Origin: Actinomycetes bacterium
Lineage (GTDB): Bacteria > Actinomycetota > Acidimicrobiia > Acidimicrobiales > Microtrichaceae
Length of the DNA: 64,000 nucleotides
Assembly: GCA_029782335.1 (NCBI GenBank)
Contig: JAKOVA010000182.1
Span: 27,221-91,220, forward strand
Direction: 5' to 3'
A model generated the notes under the pieces. That model was not told where the DNA came from. It saw only the letters and a program-made list of their open reading frames with translations, and did no database searches. Numbering within the stretch: the stretch's first letter is position 1; the number at the start of each line of letters is the position of its first letter. The position numbers were made by a program, and so were the translations under genes. Shown here piece by piece: positions 18,633 to 26,947 of this stretch.

Positions 18633-19439
18633 ATGCTGCTCGAATCCAAGACGGCGGTTGTCACCGGTATCGGTCCGGGCATGGGCCGCGACATCAGCCT
18701 CGCGCTCGCCCGGGAGGGTGCCGACATCGTGATGGTTGGCCGCAGCGACCGTCACATGCCGGGCGTAGCGGCCGAAGTCGAGGCGCTCGGGCGTCGCGTC
18801 GTGCAGGTCCGCGCTGACGTCGCGGTCGCCGAGGACTGCGCACGGGTCGCGACGACGGTCGAGGAATCGGTCGGGGCGCTCGACATCCTCGTGAACTCCG
18901 CGTTCCACGGCGGCCGCCACGAGCCGTTCGAGACCGCGGACCTCCAGAAGTGGCGGCGTCCGATGGAGGTCAACCACTTCGGGACATTGCAGCTCACCCA
19001 GGCGCTGCTCCCGGCGTTGAAGCGTGCGGGGAGCGAGCGGGGCGATGCGCGCATCGTGATGATCAACACGATGTCGATCCAACGGATCGAGGAGCAGGCC
19101 GGTAGCTACGTGGGCTCGAAGGCGGCGCTCGGCGGGGTGACGAAGGTGCTCGCCCTCGAACTCGGCGGCTACGGGATCCGGGTCAACTCGGTGCACCCCG
19201 GCTACATCTGGGGCGACAGCGTGAAGATCTACTTCGAGATGCAGGCCGAGGCGCGCGGTGGTGGGGCCACCTGGGAGGACCTCTACGCCGAGCGTGCGGC
19301 GGAGACGGCGTTGGGGTATCTCCCCAGTTCGGAGGAGATCGCCGGGGCCGTGGTGTTCTTCGCGTCGCCGCTCGCGCGTTGTGTGACGGGAACGTCGTTG
19401 CCGGTGAACGCCGGTTACTGGGTGGCGCCCTCCGCCTGA
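18633..19439 (+). CDS. SDR family oxidoreductase
   Basis: ORF 17907..19439 trimmed to ATG at 18633, 3 nt after the ACAD stop. TGIGPGMGRD Rossmann motif and YVGSKAAL catalytic motif. Confidence 0.85.
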   Translation: MLLESKTAVVTGIGPGMGRDISLALAREGADIVMVGRSDRHMPGVAAEVEALGRRVVQVRADVAVAEDCARVATTVEESVGALDILVNSAFHGGRHEPFETADLQKWRRPMEVNHFGTLQLTQALLPALKRAGSERGDARIVMINTMSIQRIEEQAGSYVGSKAALGGVTKVLALELGGYGIRVNSVHPGYIWGDSVKIYFEMQAEARGGGATWEDLYAERAAETALGYLPSSEEIAGAVVFFASPLARCVTGTSLPVNAGYWVAPSA

Positions 19440-19540
19440 GGGCCCATCGGCCCTGCTGAGGGTCCCCGGATTCGCGTGACGGTCTCGTTACGCTCGCCGC
19501 ATGCTCAGTCGGTCCTTCGCGGTGTAGCGCGTCGTCGTCA

Positions 19541-21232
19541 ATGGGTCAGCGGGATGACCACTCCGATCTCTGGGCTCGATACGAGGAGCTGCGGAACGAC
19601 CCCCAAACCCGGGTTGCCGACCTCCTCGATCTGAGTACCGAGCTGGGCAACCGGTTGGCGTCGGTCGACCCCACTCGGGCGATCGACATCCTCACCGGGG
19701 CGGCGGCCATCGCGGCCCGACAGCCCGCCGCGGCCGGACCGGACGCAACGCTCGGGGTGCTGCGGCTCCTCGGCGATCTGCTCGAGGCGGCCAACCGCAC
19801 CGAGGAGGCCCGGAAGGTTCGGGATGAGGAACGCCGGGTGCTCGACCAGCGGGTCCAGAGCCTGGAACAGATCGTCGATCTCCGGACCCGCCAGCTCGAA
19901 CAAGCGCTCGTTGATCTCCGTGACGTCTCGGACCGCTCCCAGCTCGACCCGCTGACCGGCCTCGCCGGCCGCCAGCGGCTCGGTGAGGTGATGGCGGAAC
20001 TCGTCGACCGTGAGGACCGGTGCGCCGTCCTCGCGATCGATCTCGATCGGTTCAGCCGGCTGAACGAGACGCTGGGCCATCAGGTCGGCGACGAAGTGCT
20101 CGTCGAGCACGCCACGCGGCTGCAACGCGCGGTGCGGAGTCGTGACACGGTGGCGAGGTGGGGCAGCGACGAGTTCATCGTCGTGATGCCCGGCGTGCAC
20201 GATCTCACCGCTGCCTCCGCGATGGCCGAGGTGATCCGCCAGGTGCTCGCCCGACCCTTCACCCTCAGCAACGGGGAGTCGGTCATCTCGACCATCAGCG
20301 TGGGGATCGCGATCGCGACCGAGCGTGTGACGGATCCGGAAGCGCTGTTGCGTGAGGCCGACATCGCGCTCGAACGTGCGAAAGCGCTCGGCAAGGGTCG
20401 GGTCGAGGTGTTCGGAGTGGAACTCGAAGCGTCGGCCCGTCATCGGTTCGACACCGAGGCGCTGCTGCGCTCAGCGCTCGATGAACACCGCTTCGAGTTG
20501 TACTTCCAGCCCGTGCACCCGAACGGCGACGGCCATCCGATTGCCGCCGAGGCACTGCTGCGGATGCACCACCCCGACGGCACGTTGCTCGCCCCGGGCG
20601 CGTTTCTCGATGTTGCCGAGGAGACGGGCCTCGCCCGACCGATCGGTGACTGGGTGATCGACGAGGCCTGTCGGGTCGCCGCGGGTTGGATGCGGGTCGG
20701 GACGCCCTTCAGCGTTGCGGTGAACGTTTCGGCGGCGCAGCTCGACGCTGAGTTTCCCCGACGGATCGCCGCGTCGTTGGCGCACCACGGGGTTCCACCG
20801 CACATGTTGGTGATGGAGCTCACCGAACACACCCTGCTCGAGGCCGACGAGGTGCAGGTACGGGCCCTCCTCGAGGTGCGCTCGAGCGGCGTGCGGATCG
20901 CGCTGGACGACTTTGGAACCGCCTATTCGTCGTTGAGCCACTTGCAGCGGTTCCCCGTCGACGTGGTGAAAATCGACAAGAGCTTCGTGGCAGGGATCTG
21001 CCGTTCCGAGCGGGACAACGCGATCGTGCGCGCGGTGGTCGACCTGTCCCAGACGTTCCGCTTCCGGGTGGTCGCCGAAGGTGTCGAGACGGCGGAGCAA
21101 CTCGATCAGCAACGACGGCTCGGCTGTCACGGCGCCCAGGGGTTCCTCATCGGCCGACCGAAGCCGGCGGCGGCGTTCGACGAGTTGCTGGGTTCGCTGC
21201 CGATGTTGCAGGCGCTGCTTGCGGCGAGTTGA
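19541..21232 (+). CDS. GGDEF-EAL protein (degenerate GSDEF site, intact EAL domain)
   Basis: RSRD-x5-GSDEF, EALLR, ELTEHTLL, DDFGTAYSSL, KIDKSF and EGVET motifs are all present. Confidence 0.9.
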   Translation: MGQRDDHSDLWARYEELRNDPQTRVADLLDLSTELGNRLASVDPTRAIDILTGAAAIAARQPAAAGPDATLGVLRLLGDLLEAANRTEEARKVRDEERRVLDQRVQSLEQIVDLRTRQLEQALVDLRDVSDRSQLDPLTGLAGRQRLGEVMAELVDREDRCAVLAIDLDRFSRLNETLGHQVGDEVLVEHATRLQRAVRSRDTVARWGSDEFIVVMPGVHDLTAASAMAEVIRQVLARPFTLSNGESVISTISVGIAIATERVTDPEALLREADIALERAKALGKGRVEVFGVELEASARHRFDTEALLRSALDEHRFELYFQPVHPNGDGHPIAAEALLRMHHPDGTLLAPGAFLDVAEETGLARPIGDWVIDEACRVAAGWMRVGTPFSVAVNVSAAQLDAEFPRRIAASLAHHGVPPHMLVMELTEHTLLEADEVQVRALLEVRSSGVRIALDDFGTAYSSLSHLQRFPVDVVKIDKSFVAGICRSERDNAIVRAVVDLSQTFRFRVVAEGVETAEQLDQQRRLGCHGAQGFLIGRPKPAAAFDELLGSLPMLQALLAAS

Positions 21233-21244
21233 CGCCGCTGACGA

Positions 21245-22003
21245 TCACGTCGGATAGGGGATCACCACATACGGCGTGCAGACCGTGGTGTTCGAGGAGG
21301 GGTCGACCTCAGTGCAGAACGCGTACTGACCTGGCGCGATCGTTGCGGGGAGCGTCCTGCGCAAGCGTGGGCCGGCGGCATCCACGGGGCAGTCGGCGGC
21401 CGTCGCGAACCCGGCGTTGACCCAGCCCGCGGGGGTCGCCTGATAGTCGCGGCCGCCACATGCGACCGTTCCGACACGGTGTCCATCGACCGAGATGTCG
21501 ATCCACTGGGTTTCGCCGGGGTGGATCTGCGCGTTCGTCGCCGTGATGACGATCGCCTGCGGCGGGTTGGGAATCAGCGTGGTGGAGGTTGTGGGCGGAG
21601 GAACGGCCGTTGACGGTGGTGTGGCTGGCGAGGGCCCCGGGCGGGGGGACGTCGGGGTGATCGCACCCTTCGACGTGGCGTTCTGCACGGCCCCAACGAG
21701 GGCCGCGAGCCCGGGCAGGCCGCCCGTCCCGCCGTCAGGGAGCGGCGCTGGAGCTGGCGGTGCCTCGGCTGCGACCGTCGTCTCGGTGGTTGCCACGGTC
21801 GTCGTTGAGGTCTCGATCGTCGTCGTGGGTCGAGGGACCCGTTTCACCGGGATGCGGATCGTGGTGGTCGAGGCATCGAGCCGGACCGATGCGGCGAGGT
21901 CGGTGGTACGCGTGCATGCGGACGCGAACGCGCAGAGCAGCACCGTCGTCACGATCACCGCACGGCGGTGCCGCGGCGCGTGGGGGCGTGCGTCGCGAAC
22001 CAT
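21245..22003 (-). CDS. putative lipoprotein with Thr/Pro-rich linker and Cys-containing C-terminal domain
   Basis: ORF 21245..22117 trimmed to ATG at 22003 (MVRDARPH...VLLCAFASAC lipobox). Confidence 0.6.
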   Translation of the reverse strand: MVRDARPHAPRHRRAVIVTTVLLCAFASACTRTTDLAASVRLDASTTTIRIPVKRVPRPTTTIETSTTTVATTETTVAAEAPPAPAPLPDGGTGGLPGLAALVGAVQNATSKGAITPTSPRPGPSPATPPSTAVPPPTTSTTLIPNPPQAIVITATNAQIHPGETQWIDISVDGHRVGTVACGGRDYQATPAGWVNAGFATAADCPVDAAGPRLRRTLPATIAPGQYAFCTEVDPSSNTTVCTPYVVIPYPT

Positions 22004-22073
22004 TGCGAACAGCGTGACAGGCGCGGACGGGGAACAAAAGGCGGCAGGTGTGGGGAGATGTACCCACGTGCCG

Positions 22074-22904
22074 TTAGGTCGGCAGTCCCTCGTAGGTGTC
22101 GAGGACGCGAAGCACATCGTCGCGTCCCGCCGAGGGGAGCCGCACCACGCACTCGGTCACCCCGATCGTGGCGAAGTGCTCCAGCTTCTCAGGTGTCGGG
22201 ATCGTGCCGAACGGAATGATCTCGACCGCTGACGGATCTCTGCCCGCAGCGGCGACCGCCTCGCGGAGCTGCGGGATGGCGGTCGCGAGACCTGATCCAC
22301 CGATCGGGATCCAACCCGCGCCGTACTCGGCGATGTGGGAGAACAGCTTCGGGCCGGCGCCGCCGCCGATGACGACGGGAACCGGCCGGTCGGGCTTCGG
22401 CCACGACCAACTGGGCCCGAAGTCCACGAAGTCGCCGTGGAACTCGGCAACCTCGTCGTTCCACAGGGCCTGCATCGCCAGAACGTGCTCTCGGCACTGC
22501 GCGCGACGGGTCGTGTAGTCGACCCCGTGGTGGGCCATTTCGTCGGCGTTCCACCCGAAGCCGACGCCGGCCCAAAAGCGGCCCGCCGAGAGATTCTGGA
22601 GGGTCGCGATCGCCTTCGCGGTCACGATCGGCTCCCGCTGGGCGGGCAGCAGGATGCCGGTACCGAGCCGGATCGTTGAGGTACGCGCTGCGGCCGCGGC
22701 GAGGACGACGAGCGGGTCGAGGGTGCGGCGGTACTCCTCGGGGAGCGTTGCCTCGCCCGTCGGTGGTGGGGTGAGGCGGCTCGTCGGGATGTGGGTGTGT
22801 TCGGGGATCCACAGCGAGGAGAAGCCGCGGGCTTCCGCCTCGATCGCCAACTCGACGACATCCATCGATCGGTCCGTCGCGAACATGGTCACGCCGATAC
22901 GCAT
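22074..22904 (-). CDS. LLM-class (luciferase-like) F420-dependent oxidoreductase
   Basis: 276-aa ORF. MRIGVTMFATDRSMDVVELAIEAEARGFSSLWIPEHTHIP is typical of the F420-dependent LLM subfamily. Confidence 0.85.
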   Translation of the reverse strand: MRIGVTMFATDRSMDVVELAIEAEARGFSSLWIPEHTHIPTSRLTPPPTGEATLPEEYRRTLDPLVVLAAAAARTSTIRLGTGILLPAQREPIVTAKAIATLQNLSAGRFWAGVGFGWNADEMAHHGVDYTTRRAQCREHVLAMQALWNDEVAEFHGDFVDFGPSWSWPKPDRPVPVVIGGGAGPKLFSHIAEYGAGWIPIGGSGLATAIPQLREAVAAAGRDPSAVEIIPFGTIPTPEKLEHFATIGVTECVVRLPSAGRDDVLRVLDTYEGLPT

Positions 22905-22946
22905 GACCGCCGACGTTAGAGGGCAGCGGTGATCCGCGCGTCCGAA

Positions 22947-22965
22947 ATCTGACGAGTCGTCAGAT
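22947..22965. promoter_or_regulatory. candidate operator, perfect palindrome ATCTGACG-AGT-CGTCAGAT
   Basis: 8+8 bp perfect inverted repeat between the divergent LLM oxidoreductase (-) and SDR (+) genes. Same half-site as at 3981 and 30722. Confidence 0.45.
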
Positions 22966-22984
22966 CCTCTGCGAAGCTCTCGTC

Positions 22985-23887
22985 ATGATTTGTGACGGAC
23001 GTGTGGTGATCGTGACGGGCGCCGGCCGTGGGATCGGCCGGGCTCATGCGTTGGAGTTCGCCCGACAGGGTGCGAAGGTCGTCGTCAACGACCTCGGTGT
23101 CGCCCCCGACGGCTCCGATCCGACCGACACGCCGGCCCAACAGGTGGTCGATGAGATCATCGCGGCCGGCGGCGAAGCCGTGGTTTCCCAGCACGACGTC
23201 GCCGATTGGGACACCGCCGGTGAGATGGTCCAGCTCGCGATCGACACGTTCGGCACCCTCGATGTCGTCGTGAACAACGCCGGCATCGTGCGTGACCGGA
23301 TGTTCGTCAACAGTGAGCAGTCCGAGTGGGAGGCCGTCCTGCGGGTGCATGTGATGGGCCACGCCGCGCCCGCTCGTCACGCGGCGAGCTACTGGCGTGG
23401 CAAGGCGAAGGCGGGCGAGGTTGTCGAAGGTCGGATCATCAACACCTCGTCGGGAGCGGGGCTGATGGGCTCCATCGCGCAGGCCGCCTACTCGGCGGCA
23501 AAAGGTGCGATCGCGAGCCTGACCCTGGTGCAGGCAGCGGAGCTCGGCAGGATCGGCGTGACCGCGAACGCGCTCGCCCCCGCAGCGCGGACGCGCATGA
23601 CCGAAGAGGCCTTCGCCGAGATGATGGCGAAACCCGAGGCGGGTGCCTTCGACGCGATGGCGCCCGAGAACGTCTCGCCGCTCGTGGTGTGGCTCGGTTC
23701 CACCCAGTCGGCGGAGGTCACGGGGCGGGTCTTCGAGGTCGAGGGCGGAATCATCGGGATCGCCGAGGGCTACCGTCACGGCCCCCGGGTCGACAAGGGC
23801 GCTCGCTGGGAGCCCGATGAGGTGGGCGCCGTCGTCGCCGACCTCCTACGCGAGGCGACCACGCCGACGCCGGTCTACGGCACCTGA
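22985..23887 (+). CDS. SDR family oxidoreductase (300 aa)
   Basis: [29 protein letters not shown] Rossmann motif. YSAAKGA catalytic motif. Confidence 0.85.
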   Translation: MICDGRVVIVTGAGRGIGRAHALEFARQGAKVVVNDLGVAPDGSDPTDTPAQQVVDEIIAAGGEAVVSQHDVADWDTAGEMVQLAIDTFGTLDVVVNNAGIVRDRMFVNSEQSEWEAVLRVHVMGHAAPARHAASYWRGKAKAGEVVEGRIINTSSGAGLMGSIAQAAYSAAKGAIASLTLVQAAELGRIGVTANALAPAARTRMTEEAFAEMMAKPEAGAFDAMAPENVSPLVVWLGSTQSAEVTGRVFEVEGGIIGIAEGYRHGPRVDKGARWEPDEVGAVVADLLREATTPTPVYGT

Positions 23888-23985
23888 GCAGGGTTCGCCG
23901 AGGTGGGTCGGGAGGCCGCGGCGGTGTAGCGTCCGCGGTGACGCGCGTACCCGCCGAGGACGCGACCGACCACAGGGACGAGCCG

Positions 23986-24387
23986 ATGCGCCGCCGAATG
24001 TTTCTCGCCAAGTTGCACCGCGCAACGGTGACCCAAGCCGACCTGCATTACGAGGGGAGCGTCACGATCGACGCCGAGCTCCTCGATGCGAGCGGCATCC
24101 TCCCCCATGAGGAGGTGCACATCTGGGACGTGACGTCGGGGGCGCGGCTCACCACCTACGCGCTGGAGGGCCCCCGCGGATCGGGGGTCATCTGCATCAA
24201 CGGTGCCGCCGCGCACCTGGTGTCACCGGGCGATCTGGTCATCATCGCGACCTTCGGCGAGATGGACGACGCCGAGGCGCGCTCGCACGTGCCGACGGTC
24301 GTGTTCGTCGACGCCGAGAATCGGATCACCGAGATCAGCGCTGAGCGGCCGGGTCCCCAGTTGCCGCGGCACCTCTCGGCGAACTGA
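23986..24387 (+). CDS. panD: aspartate 1-decarboxylase
   Basis: [29 protein letters not shown] matches the PanD N-terminus, including the G-S self-cleavage site. ORF 23938..24387 trimmed to ATG at 23986. Confidence 0.9.
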   Translation: MRRRMFLAKLHRATVTQADLHYEGSVTIDAELLDASGILPHEEVHIWDVTSGARLTTYALEGPRGSGVICINGAAAHLVSPGDLVIIATFGEMDDAEARSHVPTVVFVDAENRITEISAERPGPQLPRHLSAN

Positions 24388-24469
24388 ATCTCTCGGCGAA
24401 CTGAATCGCCGGGGAGGGAATCTCTCGGTGAACTGAATCTCTCGGCGAACTGAATCGCCGGGGAGGGAA
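24372..24469. repeat. tandem repeat: 49 bp x2, each containing two copies of the 17-mer TCTCTCGG(C/T)GAACTGAA
   Basis: Read directly. Units are 24372-24420 and 24421-24469. The first 17-mer supplies the last panD codons and its TGA. Each unit ends with the hairpin CGGCGA-ACTGAA-TCGCCG. Confidence 0.9.
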
Positions 24470-24533
24470 CACCGGCGGAGCCGGGTGCGCAGTCCATTTC
24501 ATGGACCGCGGCGCCCGGGTCGCACGGGGCGTA

Positions 24534-25739
24534 CTACGAAAGCCGCTCGATGATCATCGCCATGCCCTGGCCGCCGCCGACGCACATGGACTCCATGCCG
24601 AAGGTCTTGTCGGATTCTTGGAGGTTGTGAATCAGGGTCGTCATGATTCGGGCGCCGGTCATACCGAAGGGATGGCCGATGGCGATCGCGCCACCGCGGG
24701 TGTTGAGCTTGTCCCAACTGATCCCGAGGTGCTTGGCCGAGGGGATGACCTGCGCGGCGAACGCCTCGTTGATCTCCACGAGGTCGATGTCGTCGATGGT
24801 CATCTTCGCTCGAGCCATCGCCTGACGGCAGGCCTCGATCGGTCCGAGACCCATGATTTCGGGGTTGAGGCCCGACACGCCGGAGGCGACGATGCGGGCA
24901 AGCGGCGTGAGGCCGAGCTCCTTCGCCTTGGTGTCGCTCATGACGACGACCGCCGCGGCGCCGTCGTTGAGGGGACAGGCGTTACCGGCGGTGACCGAAC
25001 CCTCGGGCTTGAAGGCCGGCTTCAGATTGGCGAGACCCTCGGCGGTGGTGCCGGGGCGGATGCCGTCGTCGGTCGACACGACGGTGCCGTCGGGAAGGGT
25101 CACCGGGGTGATCTCCATCTCCCAGAACCCGTTCTCGAGCGACTCGGTCGCCCGCTGTTGGGACTGAGCGGCGTACTCGTCTTGTTCCTGACGGCTCACC
25201 TGCTCGAACTCGGCGACGTTCTCGGCGGTCTGACCCATGGCGATGTACACGTCGGGGAGGCCGGCCGGTGGCGTCCATGCGCCACCCTCGCCGGCGCCAC
25301 GACTCGCGGTGCGGGCCATCGCATCGGCGAAGCGCTCGTTGGTGGGCCCGTCGTCGGCCATCCCGTTGATGAATCGCGAGACGGTCTCAACGCCGGCCGA
25401 CACGAAGATGTCGCCTTCTCCGGCGCGGATGGCGTGTGCCGCCATGCGGATGGTCTGCAACGAGGAGGAGCAGTAGCGGTTCACCGTGACGCCGGGGACC
25501 TCAGGCATTCCCGAGAGGACGGCCACAACTCGGCCGATGTTCACCCCGGCCTCACCGGCAGGCTGGCCGCAACCCATCATGAGGTCCTCGACGAGATTGC
25601 GGTCGAGGGCCGGGATCTTCGCGAGCGCGGCGTCGACGATCTGTGCAGCAAGGTCGTCAGGGCGGATCGTCGTGAGCGAACCCTTCATCGCGCGGCCAAT
25701 CGGGCTGCGGGCGGTCGAGACGATGACGGCTTCGGGCAT
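24534..25739 (-). CDS. acetyl-CoA C-acyltransferase (thiolase)
   Basis: 401-aa ORF. Motifs present: [34 protein letters not shown]. Confidence 0.9.
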   Translation of the reverse strand: MPEAVIVSTARSPIGRAMKGSLTTIRPDDLAAQIVDAALAKIPALDRNLVEDLMMGCGQPAGEAGVNIGRVVAVLSGMPEVPGVTVNRYCSSSLQTIRMAAHAIRAGEGDIFVSAGVETVSRFINGMADDGPTNERFADAMARTASRGAGEGGAWTPPAGLPDVYIAMGQTAENVAEFEQVSRQEQDEYAAQSQQRATESLENGFWEMEITPVTLPDGTVVSTDDGIRPGTTAEGLANLKPAFKPEGSVTAGNACPLNDGAAAVVVMSDTKAKELGLTPLARIVASGVSGLNPEIMGLGPIEACRQAMARAKMTIDDIDLVEINEAFAAQVIPSAKHLGISWDKLNTRGGAIAIGHPFGMTGARIMTTLIHNLQESDKTFGMESMCVGGGQGMAMIIERLS

Positions 25740-25846
25740 GACGGTCCCCTCCGGGTGGCGTTCGTGAACCGGCCGACGCTACCGATCGGTGGCGAACCTC
25801 GGCCAGTCAATCGCTCCTGGCGCACACTCCCGATCTCCTCCCACCG

Positions 25847-25872
25847 CCCCGGATTTCCCCGCGCCCCGCCCC
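25847..25872 (-). other. G-quadruplex-type tract on the minus strand (GGGG-C-GGGG-CGC-GGGG-AAATCC-GGGG)
   Basis: The plus strand reads CCCC GGATTT CCCC GCG CCCC G CCCC. It is part of three CCCCGCCCCG-type direct repeats (25844-25890), about 110-150 nt upstream of the thiolase start. Confidence 0.35.
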
Positions 25873-25892
25873 GGATCTCACCCCGCCCCGTC

Positions 25893-26098
25893 CCGAACTT
25901 GCGGACGTTTCCGTCGTTGGGGGTCGGTTTTGTACGCAGGTTCGGCGGGTAGGTGCCCGCTCGTTCCGAACTTGCGGACGTTTCCGTCGTTGGGGGTCGG
26001 TTTTGTACGCAGGTTGCCGGGTGGGTGCCCGCTCGTTCCGAACTTGCGGACGTTTCCGTCGTTGGCGGTCGGTTTTGTACGCAGGTTCGGCGGGGTTG
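25893..26098. repeat. 72-73 bp tandem repeat x3 with conserved internal hairpins (REP/MIRU-like)
   Basis: Units start at 25893, 25966 and 26038. The 50-nt core CCGAACTTGCGGACGTTTCCGTCGTTGGGGGTCGGTTTTGTACGCAGGTT is identical in units 1-2 and has one change in unit 3. The array lies in the gap between the MaoC and thiolase genes. Confidence 0.9.
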
Positions 26099-26121
26099 GG
26101 AAGACCGGCGGCGCCGACCGC

Positions 26122-26577
26122 CTACGGGAAGAAGCGGCTGATCGTCTCGGCGACGCACGCCGGCCTGTCGCCGCCTTCGACTTCGACGGTCACCCGGACC
26201 ACCACCTGGACACCCTCGCCGATCTGTTCGGCGGACACGATCTCGCCCGTGGCCCGGATCTGGCTTCCTGACGGCACCGGTGCGGGGAAGCGCACCTTGC
26301 CGAGCCCGACGTTCACCCCCATCGAGGTGTTGTCGACCGTGACCAGTTCCGGAAGGAAGAGGTTGACGAGGGACAACGTGAGATAGCCGTGGGCGATCGT
26401 CGTGCCGAACGGCCCTTCCTTCGCTCGCTCGACGTCCACGTGGATCCACTGATGATCGCCGGTCGCTTCAGCGAAGCGGTCGATACGGGCCTGGTCGACG
26501 GTGACCCACTCGGTTGGGCCGAGTTGCTCGCCGACGTGGGTCGTGATCGCGGCGGGGCCGTCGATGTGGAGGGTCAC
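26122..26577 (-). CDS. MaoC-like (R)-specific enoyl-CoA hydratase, hotdog fold
   Basis: ORF 26122..27024 trimmed to GTG at 26577, which overlaps the upstream gene's stop (GTGA at 26574-26577). Sequence RIDRFAEATGDHQWIHVDVERAKEGPFGTTIAHGYL. Confidence 0.85.
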   Translation of the reverse strand: MTLHIDGPAAITTHVGEQLGPTEWVTVDQARIDRFAEATGDHQWIHVDVERAKEGPFGTTIAHGYLTLSLVNLFLPELVTVDNTSMGVNVGLGKVRFPAPVPSGSQIRATGEIVSAEQIGEGVQVVVRVTVEVEGGDRPACVAETISRFFP

Positions 26578-26921
26578 GGTTCGATCTCCTTCTGCAGCGC
26601 CGCCTGGCACTCGTCGTCGTTGGCGGCGATGATCCGTTGCACCTTGGCAGGCGACCCCTTGATCGCCTCGAGCTCGTCGCGGTGCGCTTCGATGACGTCG
26701 TAGATGCAGTTCGCGTACGAAGTAATGGCCGCACCGTGGCCCTTCGCCTTGTCCCGAAGTTGCACTTTCATCGCCGCGACCGTCTTGTTCACGTACTCGG
26801 CGCGAGTGTCGAGCTTGCCGTCGGTGCCGTCCGAGCAGCTCGGTGCGACCGCCACCACGAGGGCGAGCGTCGCGAACAACAGCGCGAGCGGCAGGGAACG
26901 GACACGGCGGTGCACGACCAC
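26574..26921 (-). CDS. small putative lipoprotein, unknown function
   Basis: Signal and lipobox LALLFATLALVVAVAPSC. Start is uncertain: GTG at 26921 is preferred because ATG at 26975 would overlap the helicase 3' end. Confidence 0.55.
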   Translation of the reverse strand: MVVHRRVRSLPLALLFATLALVVAVAPSCSDGTDGKLDTRAEYVNKTVAAMKVQLRDKAKGHGAAITSYANCIYDVIEAHRDELEAIKGSPAKVQRIIAANDDECQAALQKEIEP

Positions 26922-26947
26922 AGTGTCTCGTCTCAAGACCTCGTCGC

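Noticed and set aside
25893-26098. Possible CRISPR array
   Set aside because: The repeats are directly abutting with no unique spacers. The unit length (72-73 bp) is far above CRISPR repeat size. No cas genes are present in the window.
25685-26449. ORFs crossing the 72-73 bp repeats (25685..26449 -, 25789..26271 +, 25953..26141 +, 26003..26386 +) that would encode repeated peptides
   Set aside because: The repeat period alternates between 73 and 72 nt, so no frame is preserved across all units. These ORFs also overlap the well-supported MaoC and thiolase genes in other frames.
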